Below, one piece after another: positions 1 through 8,857 of a DNA stretch of 64,000 nucleotides. The notes below the pieces were generated by a model, which worked only from the letters and a program-made list of their open reading frames with translations, did no database searches and was not told the origin of the DNA. Positions within the stretch are counted from its first letter, which is position 1. Every line of letters starts with the position of its first letter. The position numbers and the translations under genes were made by a program. Source of the stretch: a virus; IMG/VR virus record IMGVR_UViG_3300032053_000043, positions 11,104 to 75,103 of that record. One strand, 5' to 3'.

Positions 1-52
1 GCGATTTTGTCATTGTCGCCCCCTGTGGTAGGATTGCCAGATGAGGTGACGT

Positions 53-169
53 ATGGACTGAGACGAAAGGCCATCCCGTTTGGTCGTGTCCGTGTTCATG
101 CTGTACTGCGGCATCATTTTCCTGGCTGCCCTCGTCTGGGCGGGGCGCTACTTGGGAGTTCTTCCCTGA
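53..169 (+). pseudogene. Small single-TM membrane protein ORF with TGA at codon 3
   Basis: GAGGTGA RBS then ATG GAC TGA GAC GAA...; read through it gives MD*DERPSRLVVSVFMLYCGIIFLAALVWAGRYLGVLP. Confidence 0.3.
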
Positions 170-2223
170 CCGCCGGCCTGCGCCAGAAGCTCCACATACC
201 GCCTCCCCACCTCTATCAACTTTGCGCTGCGGGCCTCGTCAGAGAGCGTCCTGTCCCGGGCAATCGCATCCCCTTCCGTGCGAAGTTGCTGGAGTTCGTT
301 GGCCATCCGGGGCGATGCCTTCGCGGTTTGAACGTCTCGCGCGACGACCGCTGAAGGTTGCGGGTTCTGGAATTTCGCTCGGCTGTCCGCGATCCTGGAC
401 GCGACCGCTTCGGCGGTCGCTTCGCCGGTCGGGACGCTCAACGTCGATCCGGTCTGCGGGTCGTTGAACATATACATGTCCGGAACGCGCCCCGCCACGC
501 CGTTTTGCAGGCCCACAAACTTCCCGCCACCCTGCTCGATGGCCGCGATGTCGCGCTGGCGGGAGACCGTCGCCGGGGAAACAGGCGTTGTCTCTCGCGC
601 CGGGGCCGCTGGGCTGCCAGCCGACCGGGTCGCCCGTCCCAAGGCAAATGGGGGATTTGACACTGGCGGACCCGGAACCGGGCCCATCGCCCTGCCAACT
701 GGGCGCCGACCGAGAGAGGAGGCCAGCCGGTTTTCCACCCCGGCCGCTCTGGTTCGGTAGAATGGCGAATCATGCAGGGCTTCAGCGACACCCCCCACGA
801 TGCTGCCAGCCGCCGCACCGGGGTATCCGCCTACCCATGCCCCAACCGCCCCTCCGATACCTCCGCCGCGCACCAGTTTCAGGCCCCGCCTAACGTCGTG
901 ACTCTGGGATGCTCTTCTTTGGATGGTTGCGTCCACCACCGTTTGCAGATTCCTGTAGAACGAAAACTCATTGTTGGCCGCGGCAAGGTCCGGGAACTTT
1001 GAATTGAGGACGTCCCGCAGGACGTTGGTAGCGGCTTCCTACGCATGAGCCTCAAAGCCTTTTGTCTCGTCCACCAGGAACGCCATTTTCTTCTTCGCCA
1101 CCGCGTCATCCAGGAACCTGCGCACGGCCACCAAGTCTTCCGGGGTGATCGTTGGACCGTATTTGGCGACGATATCCTGGACTTCCTGAATCTGATTGAC
1201 AGGGGCCTCCCGGTGCGCAGTGACCTTCCCCGTTTCTTTGCTGGTCAGGGTGTAATCCGGGTGGCTTTTCAATCCCTCCAGCCTGTCGATGATCGGTGCG
1301 GTATCGAGCCGGGCGCCGGAATCTGTGGCCTGCTTCACGGCGGCTTCGACGGCACCCCCATGCTCCGCAACTCCCTGGGCGGCTTGTTCACTGAGACCCT
1401 GTAGAGTCGTTGCCTTGATATTGCGATCCAGGATCCCGGGGACAACCTTTTCGGACGCGATGACCTTCAGTTTCTTGGTCGTTGCTCCAAGCACCCGTTC
1501 GATATTGGTTTCGGCGGTCCGCCTCAGTAAATTGGCGGTGGGGGGCGCAAGGCGTTTCGTAGCCGCCGCGCCCTTCCCAATCGCCCGGCCTCCGTATCTG
1601 CCGAGTGCCGCCACACCCGCAGCCGTGGTCGCCATCTCCGCAACCGCACCCGGCAAGTCAGCGCCCGCAGTGCGCAGCAACCGCTCGGTGGGCAGACCAG
1701 TCGCCGCTTCGATGCCACCAGCGACGGCGCCGGGGATGTCGCCCCGGCGGGCAAACCCCAGGGCCTCTTGGCCCTTTTCCAATGCGGCCTGAGCGGTGCG
1801 ATGGAAGTACAATCCACCCGGGCCGGTAAGGGCAGCGCCAAACTCCGGCCAACTGGTCGGCGGGGCCAACGCCGTTTCTACCGGCCCCGTGACCATGCCG
1901 GCAAGATTCTTGAGGCCCCGACCAATTCCACGAACGGGTTCCGGGGGTGGGGCTGTGCCCTCAATCTGCGTTCTCCAGCCGCTCCTTGGCGTTCCAATCA
2001 TCGCCTCAGCGACGCCAAGACGCGGTTCAGGTGGACCTTCGGGTATTCCCGCAGCCTCTCGTAGCCGAGGCGTCGCGCCTTCAAGTTGCCCCGGCTGCCC
2101 AGCGATCTCAGCGCGCGCCCGCCGCAGCGTGGAAACCGGCACCGGCCCGGCCATCGGCTCAGTGGCATATTGATCCCACTCATCCGTCGCAGGCACCGCG
2201 TATTTGTCCCACTTGTCGGCCAT
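148..2223 (-). CDS. Internal virion/DNA ejection protein interrupted by one in-frame TAG (1039-1041)
   Basis: ORFs 1039..2223 and 148..939 are in the same frame and the gap translates openly (FEAHA*EAATNVLRDVLNSKF...); N-terminal WDKY/WDQY motifs and Ala/Gly-rich helices typical of podovirus ejection proteins. Confidence 0.7.
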
Positions 2224-2224
2224 C

Positions 2225-3982
2225 TTATTTTCCCATTACCGCTTCTGGATGAGCCTTCCTAAACTCGGCGATCTTCTCGTTGGGGATGTTCCACGATCCT
2301 CCGGTCGGGGAAGTGAATCGAACCGTTCCCGGCGGAGCAGTTACACCCGGCTGCCCGCCCGCCGGTTGCTGTGCCCCGCCGCCCGCCGCCGGACCGCTGC
2401 CAATCCTGAAGGGCACCCCGATCTTCTCCGCTGCGGCCATGCCTTCTGGACTGATTGGGTCTTCGAGGTCCTTCTTACTCACCCGCTTGTACCGCCAGTT
2501 GGCCGCAGTGACGCGATCTTTGGCAGTCTTCCCCATTTGCTTTATGGCACTTGCCCACGCCGCCGGGGAGGAATCATTCGCCAGCATTATATCGGAAGAC
2601 TTCCGATCCATCTCATAGAGAGCACGGTTGTTTAACAGGAAACTCTCGAATTCTTTCTTGGGAGCTTCGGCGGCAACAACCAGCGCCCGGATGTCGGGGT
2701 TCCCCGCCGCCCGGTCTCTCAACCAGTTCCAGGGTTTGTTGATGAGTGGCGACCCAGTTAACCGAAGATGTTCGATAACGTCGTGGAGTTCTCCGGCGTG
2801 CTGCAGGAAGGTGTCGAACGATTTCAGTTGGGTTCCTTCCTGCCCCGTGGTGAACAATTCTTCATTCTTGATCTTGCGGTTAAGCTCGGCTATGTTGAAG
2901 GCCGGGTTCAGCTTCTTGACCTTGGCGTAGAGCAGGATGAGTTGGGGACCACGGAAACCCGCGATCTCGCGGATGCTCGAAAGATCGCCGCTGGCAAGCG
3001 ACTGCGCCGCGATATCGAGCGCCTGTTCGGTTTCATCACGCTTTTCGGCGGCTTGCTGAATCGTGAGGCGTGTCCCTATCGTCGCTTCGGCTTCATGGCC
3101 TTTCAGCCACGCTCGATCTTCGGCGCTTACCGGTTTACCGAGTCCCATATCCTGCCGGATTCTGACGGCCCTGCGCTTGTCTTCCACCGCTGGCTCTGGT
3201 TTCTCTTCCTTGGTGACGAATCCGGGTATCGGCTTGCCGGCCGCGTCCGTAATCTCCCTGGTGCTCGTGTCCTGGAACCCGACCACCGCCACCAAGTTGC
3301 CGGTCACATCGGGGGCAAAGCCGGGGACCCGTTGGTAGGTCTTCTGGGGTTGCTTCTTCGCAAGTGCCTCGCGGTGTTGCTTCTGGCTTGCGTAGTCGCC
3401 GATCTTCGCTGTGGAAAGGCGCGCCTCGCGCTCTTCGGTCATGGTGCGGCGCTCTTCCTCCGCGACTTTGGTCAGGTCGGCGATGCGCTTCTCGCGCATG
3501 GCCTGCCCGACTCCGGCCCGACCGAGTGCTTCCCGATACGGCCCGCCGAAGTATTCTTCGTGCGCCCGCGCCCCGGCCCCCATGCCCCCGCCCGCCGCCG
3601 CCAGGAATTGCCCGACGCCGCCCACGATCTTCGAGCCCAGCGACGGCTTGTAGACTTGGCCGCCTTGCTCGAAGCCGCCCCAATCGCCCCGTCGGACGGG
3701 CAAGGCCGGTTGCGGCCCTTCCATCTCCCGGCGCAGAGCCTCAAGCGCCCAGCTTCGTTGCTCTGGCGTGGCAGCAGGCCCCGGCGTTGGGGGCCCCTGG
3801 GCAATCTCCGGCTCCGGTGGCGTCGGTTCGTTCTGGGCCGTTTCCGGTGGCAACTCCGACTGTTCATCCGGCGGCCTCGGCCAGTCCGAACCCAAGGGCC
3901 AGAGCGGCCGGCGCCCCCGGCGGCCCAACCCCAGGTAGCCCGCCCAGTCCCGTTGTCCGAGTGACATTGCATTTGCACCCAT
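2225..3982 (-). CDS. Internal virion/DNA ejection protein
   Basis: 585 aa, Pro-rich N-terminus, Gly-rich hydrophobic patch, helical body; lies among ejection genes. Confidence 0.65.
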   Translation of the reverse strand: MGANAMSLGQRDWAGYLGLGRRGRRPLWPLGSDWPRPPDEQSELPPETAQNEPTPPEPEIAQGPPTPGPAATPEQRSWALEALRREMEGPQPALPVRRGDWGGFEQGGQVYKPSLGSKIVGGVGQFLAAAGGGMGAGARAHEEYFGGPYREALGRAGVGQAMREKRIADLTKVAEEERRTMTEEREARLSTAKIGDYASQKQHREALAKKQPQKTYQRVPGFAPDVTGNLVAVVGFQDTSTREITDAAGKPIPGFVTKEEKPEPAVEDKRRAVRIRQDMGLGKPVSAEDRAWLKGHEAEATIGTRLTIQQAAEKRDETEQALDIAAQSLASGDLSSIREIAGFRGPQLILLYAKVKKLNPAFNIAELNRKIKNEELFTTGQEGTQLKSFDTFLQHAGELHDVIEHLRLTGSPLINKPWNWLRDRAAGNPDIRALVVAAEAPKKEFESFLLNNRALYEMDRKSSDIMLANDSSPAAWASAIKQMGKTAKDRVTAANWRYKRVSKKDLEDPISPEGMAAAEKIGVPFRIGSGPAAGGGAQQPAGGQPGVTAPPGTVRFTSPTGGSWNIPNEKIAEFRKAHPEAVMGK

Positions 3983-3994
3983 TGCGCCCCCTTC

Positions 3995-5215
3995 CTATCC
4001 CCACTGGTCCGATGGGTTCACCTGCTGCGTTTTCGGTCGCCTGCTGAACAGGCTCCCCCAGCTAAACGGTCGAGGATTGTTCGCACTGGTCGCCGTGTTG
4101 CTGGCGCCACCCGAGGGCGACCAGGTTCCCGGCGACCCGCCACCCGAGAACGTGTTGAAGAAGCTCGACGCGAACCCCGGCTGTCCGGCTGTCGTGTTCG
4201 CCTGCCCGGTGATGGCCCCGGCGTAGCCCAGGTTGCTTTGCGCCCTCAACCCCTCCAACTGCTGTAGGCGACTCAGGTCCTGCGCGCTCAGGTTACTGAA
4301 CCCGGCGCCAGCCGTTGTGTTGGCCCGCTCCCGCGCCTCCTGGATCGCCGTCGTCGCGCCCACGTCCGCCCCGTAGACGTCCTTGGCCGCCGCGCCGCGG
4401 CTCCGCTGCGCTTCCTGGATGGCCGCCCGCCGCGCTTCGCTGCCGTAGGCCGTGGACGCGATCCGCTGTCCAGCGATGGTCCCGGCGGTTCCCGTGCGCT
4501 CTGCGGCAATCGTTCTGGCCGCCCCGGTTCGCTGTGCCGCCAGCCGGTCGGCCGCCGTTGCCCCCATCTGGTAAATGTCCCCCTCATTCCTCATGGCAGT
4601 TTCGGAGGCCGTCTCGCCCTGCTCCCGCGCCATCTGCGCCAGGGTCGCATTCATGCCCGGCACGTACCCGCCGCGGCGTGCCGCCATCCGCCCGGCTTCC
4701 CCGCGCGCTGTCTGATAAGCCCGCGAGATCCCGGTGCCCGATACCGCCCGCATCTCCTGCGCCCGCTCGGGAGTCAACTCGATCTGCGCTCGTTCTTCCG
4801 GCGAGTAATACAGGCTGGCCTGCTCTTCGGGGGTCATGTACATCCCTTCGCCCCCAGCGCCGTATTCCAACCCCGATCGCTCCCCCGCCGTCAGGTCCAG
4901 ACCTTCGCGCGCTTCGTCGGAGTAGTCCAGCGCCCTCCGCTGCTCCGGCGTCATCTGGAGTTTTTCCTGCTCTTCTGGCCTGAATCCGCCGGTGCGGTAA
5001 ACGTCGCTGTAGATGTCCCAGGCCTGGCCGCGCGGCGCCAGATAATCAGTGGTGGCATTTCCGAGTTTGTCCTGGTAGTAGGATTGCTCGTTGATGTCCC
5101 GCCCGCGCAGCCAGTTGGCTTGCGCTTCCAGCTCTTTCTTTTTCTTGCGGGCCGAGATGCCCGAGATGATCCCGCCCACCACGCTCCCACCGAGATTGAT
5201 TGCTGCTGATGCCAT
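3995..5215 (-). CDS. Internal virion/DNA ejection (pilot) protein
   Basis: N-terminal GGSVVGGIISG followed by a basic helix, Ala/Gln-rich with 10-11 aa repeats; first gene of the ejection trio. Confidence 0.65.
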   Translation of the reverse strand: MASAAINLGGSVVGGIISGISARKKKKELEAQANWLRGRDINEQSYYQDKLGNATTDYLAPRGQAWDIYSDVYRTGGFRPEEQEKLQMTPEQRRALDYSDEAREGLDLTAGERSGLEYGAGGEGMYMTPEEQASLYYSPEERAQIELTPERAQEMRAVSGTGISRAYQTARGEAGRMAARRGGYVPGMNATLAQMAREQGETASETAMRNEGDIYQMGATAADRLAAQRTGAARTIAAERTGTAGTIAGQRIASTAYGSEARRAAIQEAQRSRGAAAKDVYGADVGATTAIQEARERANTTAGAGFSNLSAQDLSRLQQLEGLRAQSNLGYAGAITGQANTTAGQPGFASSFFNTFSGGGSPGTWSPSGGASNTATSANNPRPFSWGSLFSRRPKTQQVNPSDQWG

Positions 5216-5282
5216 CGTTTTATCCCCCTATCCTGCTTGTCTATTCCGGTTCCCGCGCCATTCCGGCGAGCTGGGAACGCTA

Positions 5283-5627
5283 CTATGGCCGAGCCGCGGT
5301 AGGAGGCGGCAACATCACCGGCGGCGAAGGGGGATTGCGGCAAGCGCGCAGGGCCCCACTCAGAGTATCGACCATGCCCTCCAGCTCTGCGATGCGCCGC
5401 CGTGCCGCATCCTCACGCATCAGTGCCGCGCCGTAGGCGGCGAGAACTTCCTGCTCGGTGATAGCAGGCTGCCACGCGGGGCGTTGTGGGGCCGGCGCCT
5501 GAACCACAGGCGTCTTATTGCTGGACGGCGGTTTCTCTGGCCGGCCCGGTTCCTGCGCGGGTGAACTCACCGCGGAGATGCAGAGGGCGCAGAGAAGAAA
5601 AATGAATGGCCGCATCGTCATCAGCAT
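5283..5627 (-). CDS. Small exported coiled-coil protein
   Basis: Signal peptide MRPFIFLLCALCISAVSSPA|QE, short coiled coil, Pro-rich ends. Confidence 0.6.
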   Translation of the reverse strand: MLMTMRPFIFLLCALCISAVSSPAQEPGRPEKPPSSNKTPVVQAPAPQRPAWQPAITEQEVLAAYGAALMREDAARRRIAELEGMVDTLSGALRACRNPPSPPVMLPPPTAARP

Positions 5628-8356
5628 CAGCAGGTTCCTCCTGTCTTAAGCCCGCCGGTAAACGTGATCGTGCAGGTTCCTGTGCCGGCCGCGTCGCGCA
5701 CCGTGATCGTCAGGCTTTGCCCGCCCGATCCGTTCGCCGTGAACGTTGTGGCCGCGAATTGCCCGGCAGTGTCCAGCCAGGCATATTCCGTGCCGCGCAG
5801 CCGCATACTAAATCGAGTTGCACCGCTGCCGGCATGGTCTATGTACACGGTCTGCCAGTAATTATCGGCGCCGAATTTCGGCCCGAGAGCGGCATTGCTG
5901 TAGAGGCCGAAATACGGATTCTGCGCGCCAGTGCCGCTCACGCCGGCACGCAGGGCCTCGATCGAGCTGTTATCCCCGCCTGTGACCATGAAAATTCCTG
6001 CAGGCGCGCTGGCCAGTGGGACGGATGAGGTAAACCCGCCGGTCAGACTTGTCAGCCCCGCAACGCCCAGCGTATTGCGCAGAGTGGTCGGACCATTCAC
6101 GGCCAGGGTAGCAAATGTCGGGTTGCCGGTCTCGCTACTGCTGAGTAGCACGGCGGAAACGTCGTCAACGTAGAAGTCATTGGTGCCGGTGAACTCGCCG
6201 AACGCTAGACGCTGCCCGGTGCCGCCGAAATCATCCAGGCGCACAATGAGCTGGAAATCGTTCCACTCGCCGGTGGTGATTGCAGCGCGGGCGGTGCGGA
6301 AGTCGTAAAAATTGTCTGTCTGCGCGCCGTTCCACACAGACCCCCAGCCGAAGTGCACGGTCCCTGTCTCGACATATACGGAGGCCCGCAGTAGTGCATA
6401 CCCGGACGACGGCAGACCCATCAGCGTTTGGTAGATCGCGGCGTTCGTGCAGTGGTAGGAATAAGTTCCCGTCCGTGATCGCGTGGCGCTCTTGACACAT
6501 GACCCATATTGGCTTGTCCAACCCGCCGTGGTGTCCTCGAAACTAGGTTCCAGGACGTAGTTGCGAATCAACCGAACCTCACCGAAGACACAAGCCTCGG
6601 TGGTGCTATTGCAGCGCAACGCGATCCGCCACGAACCAGCAGCAAGCGCAGCCGTCGTGGTCCAGCGGTAGGGCGGCCGGGCATTGCCGTCATTGGGCGC
6701 GATCAACCAGCCAGAATCGACCAGCACGGCATCGGTATCACTGCGGCGAATTTGGAAACCGGCGACGGCATTTTCCGTGGTCGCCGTGTAAAGTGCCGAG
6801 AAATAGGCGCTGGCGCTGATGGTGTCGGCGATGTCCTGTGTCACCTCGCAGGGCGCCGACGAGCAGACCAGCCGCAGGTAGCGGTCACCGGTAATATGAT
6901 TGAGCCATGCCGTTTTGGTGCGGGTGGCGCCGGCGCCCGCCGTCCAGGCCGTCAGGCCCGCGGATTCCATATCCCAATCGGAAACAATCGAGGGGTCGAG
7001 GGCCTGCTCCAGTATGGGGAATTTGTTGCGCAACGCGCATTGGCCCTGGCCGAATTTCGTATAGATGGAGCTGGCGCAGGTTTGATCACGGACCACGTTG
7101 AAAAAACCAGCGTCGTTGATCCCCGCCAGTGATTGACTGTAGAGGAAGTGCGATTGCCTCACCTGCGGTCCCAGATAGGCGTCAGCGGTTCCCTGGTGGT
7201 ACGAATAGCCGCCAAGCACGTTCAGGCCCTGGGTATCTTCGGCTCGGATGTTGACCGCACTGTTGGTCTCGAAGTGGTCCCCGACCGATGTATAGAGCTG
7301 GAACTCTGCGCGTTTCTGCGTGGGTTGAATCAGCAACCCGTAGGTATTGAAGTTGTGAAGATTGCCGGAGCTGAAAACATCCTGTGTGGTTGAGTCGCTG
7401 AGTTTCACGCCGGCGACATCGTTATTCAGGAAGAACCCGTCGCGCAGGCTGAGCCGATTCACGCCGGTCATGAGATGCAATCCAGTGCCTTTGCACTGAT
7501 AGACGCCTAGGCGATCCAGTACCATCGTTTCATCCGAGGCTGACTCGCCGACCAGTACGCAGTCATGAGCAACCGTTTGGTTGGCCTTGTTGCCGTCGAA
7601 CAGCAGAGCGAACATGTTCACCCGCGATTTCGCGCCCGCGCCATAGGTGAACATGCTGCTGTTCGCGCCATCGCCCAATGACAGCGTGGTCGAAAACAGT
7701 CCCGTCCCGCGGATGGTGCGGTTCGACCCGCTGCCGTAGGTGCCGGAGAGATCAATGGCGCTGCCGAGTTTGAATGTCCCACCGGGGATGAAGGTATCGC
7801 CGCGGCCGGTCGGCAGGGACATGGCGGCAGCCGTGATTGCCGCGCTCGAGTCCATGGTGCCGCTAGAATCCCCGCCCCACCATCGGGGATCGGTCGTGCC
7901 GTCCACCTCGACTGTCCCGGTGCCGCTGAAAATCCGGTGTCCATCCGGGTTATCGACCGAGCCAGCGGCGAGAACCAAAACCCTCGGGGAATTTACAACG
8001 AAGCTGCTGCCGGGGCCGAAAGTGACCGTGATGTTCCCTGGCACCGTCAGATCGACGGCCAGGGTATAGGCCGCCGCCAGATGGAGACGCGCTGGGGCGG
8101 TTATGCCGCTGAAGATGTCGGCCGCAATGGTCGCCGCGCCCAGGATACCGCTGGCATCGCATTCGCCGCCGCCCTGGGCCTGGACGCCGGCCAAGCAGGC
8201 GGCGATCTGTGCCGCTGGCGTGCCGCCATAGAGCGCGGCGCGGTGGACCTTGGTCGCCGGGTCGACGGGCAGCGCCGTGGCCTGGCCGCCCTGGGCAAAG
8301 CAGAAGGCAGTAGGCAGAAGGCAGACGGCGGCGAGTAGAACAATTAAGCGTTGCAT
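5627..8356 (-). CDS. Tailspike-like protein: signal peptide, pectate-lyase-like right-handed beta-helix, carbohydrate-binding-module-like domains
   Basis: MQRLIVLLAAVCLLPTAFCFA|Q; DSSAAITAA...FIPGGTF...TIRGTG...FDGNKANQ beta-helix start; two EPSFE/DWDME..GW CBM-like units. Confidence 0.75.
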   Translation of the reverse strand: MQRLIVLLAAVCLLPTAFCFAQGGQATALPVDPATKVHRAALYGGTPAAQIAACLAGVQAQGGGECDASGILGAATIAADIFSGITAPARLHLAAAYTLAVDLTVPGNITVTFGPGSSFVVNSPRVLVLAAGSVDNPDGHRIFSGTGTVEVDGTTDPRWWGGDSSGTMDSSAAITAAAMSLPTGRGDTFIPGGTFKLGSAIDLSGTYGSGSNRTIRGTGLFSTTLSLGDGANSSMFTYGAGAKSRVNMFALLFDGNKANQTVAHDCVLVGESASDETMVLDRLGVYQCKGTGLHLMTGVNRLSLRDGFFLNNDVAGVKLSDSTTQDVFSSGNLHNFNTYGLLIQPTQKRAEFQLYTSVGDHFETNSAVNIRAEDTQGLNVLGGYSYHQGTADAYLGPQVRQSHFLYSQSLAGINDAGFFNVVRDQTCASSIYTKFGQGQCALRNKFPILEQALDPSIVSDWDMESAGLTAWTAGAGATRTKTAWLNHITGDRYLRLVCSSAPCEVTQDIADTISASAYFSALYTATTENAVAGFQIRRSDTDAVLVDSGWLIAPNDGNARPPYRWTTTAALAAGSWRIALRCNSTTEACVFGEVRLIRNYVLEPSFEDTTAGWTSQYGSCVKSATRSRTGTYSYHCTNAAIYQTLMGLPSSGYALLRASVYVETGTVHFGWGSVWNGAQTDNFYDFRTARAAITTGEWNDFQLIVRLDDFGGTGQRLAFGEFTGTNDFYVDDVSAVLLSSSETGNPTFATLAVNGPTTLRNTLGVAGLTSLTGGFTSSVPLASAPAGIFMVTGGDNSSIEALRAGVSGTGAQNPYFGLYSNAALGPKFGADNYWQTVYIDHAGSGATRFSMRLRGTEYAWLDTAGQFAATTFTANGSGGQSLTITVRDAAGTGTCTITFTGGLKTGGTC

Positions 8357-8856
8357 CGCACCCTCACCTCCAAGTCAGAACACCCGGCGGGCACGCTGCC
8401 GGTGACCTCGTACTCGATCCAGTCATAGGGCAGCCGTGCAATAAGCGAGGAACCGGGTATGCTGGCTTCTGTGTCTCCAGCGGCAATCGAGAGTGGAAGT
8501 GCCTGCACGATGGTTTTCACACCGGCAGACCAGCGCTTATGGAATACGATGATCTCCAGTGTTCCGCTGTCCCACACCGTAGGCGTCCAAATCGATATGG
8601 TGTCCATCGGGCCAGCCCAGTGAAACGAGTTCCAAAGTCCCGGGTTACCGAGCAGTACGCGTCCCGGCAGCCCAAGGATGAATGCCTCCGCCCCACCACC
8701 GCCGCCAGAGGCCTCAGCCACTATGTTGGTCACGTCTCCCGGTAAGTCGGGTTGCCGCTGGGCAAACTCAATGATCCGCCGCAACAGGTCCCGCAGGGGC
8801 ACATTATCCCGGATGCTGGGATGATCGAGTTCCGGCGCGAAGATTCGCTTGCCCAC
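8344..8856 (-). CDS. Hypothetical tail-associated protein
   Basis: 170 aa, coupled between nozzle and spike; N-terminal helix plus beta-rich C-terminus. Confidence 0.55.
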   Translation of the reverse strand: MGKRIFAPELDHPSIRDNVPLRDLLRRIIEFAQRQPDLPGDVTNIVAEASGGGGGAEAFILGLPGRVLLGNPGLWNSFHWAGPMDTISIWTPTVWDSGTLEIIVFHKRWSAGVKTIVQALPLSIAAGDTEASIPGSSLIARLPYDWIEYEVTGSVPAGCSDLEVRVRCNA

Positions 8857-8857
8857 T

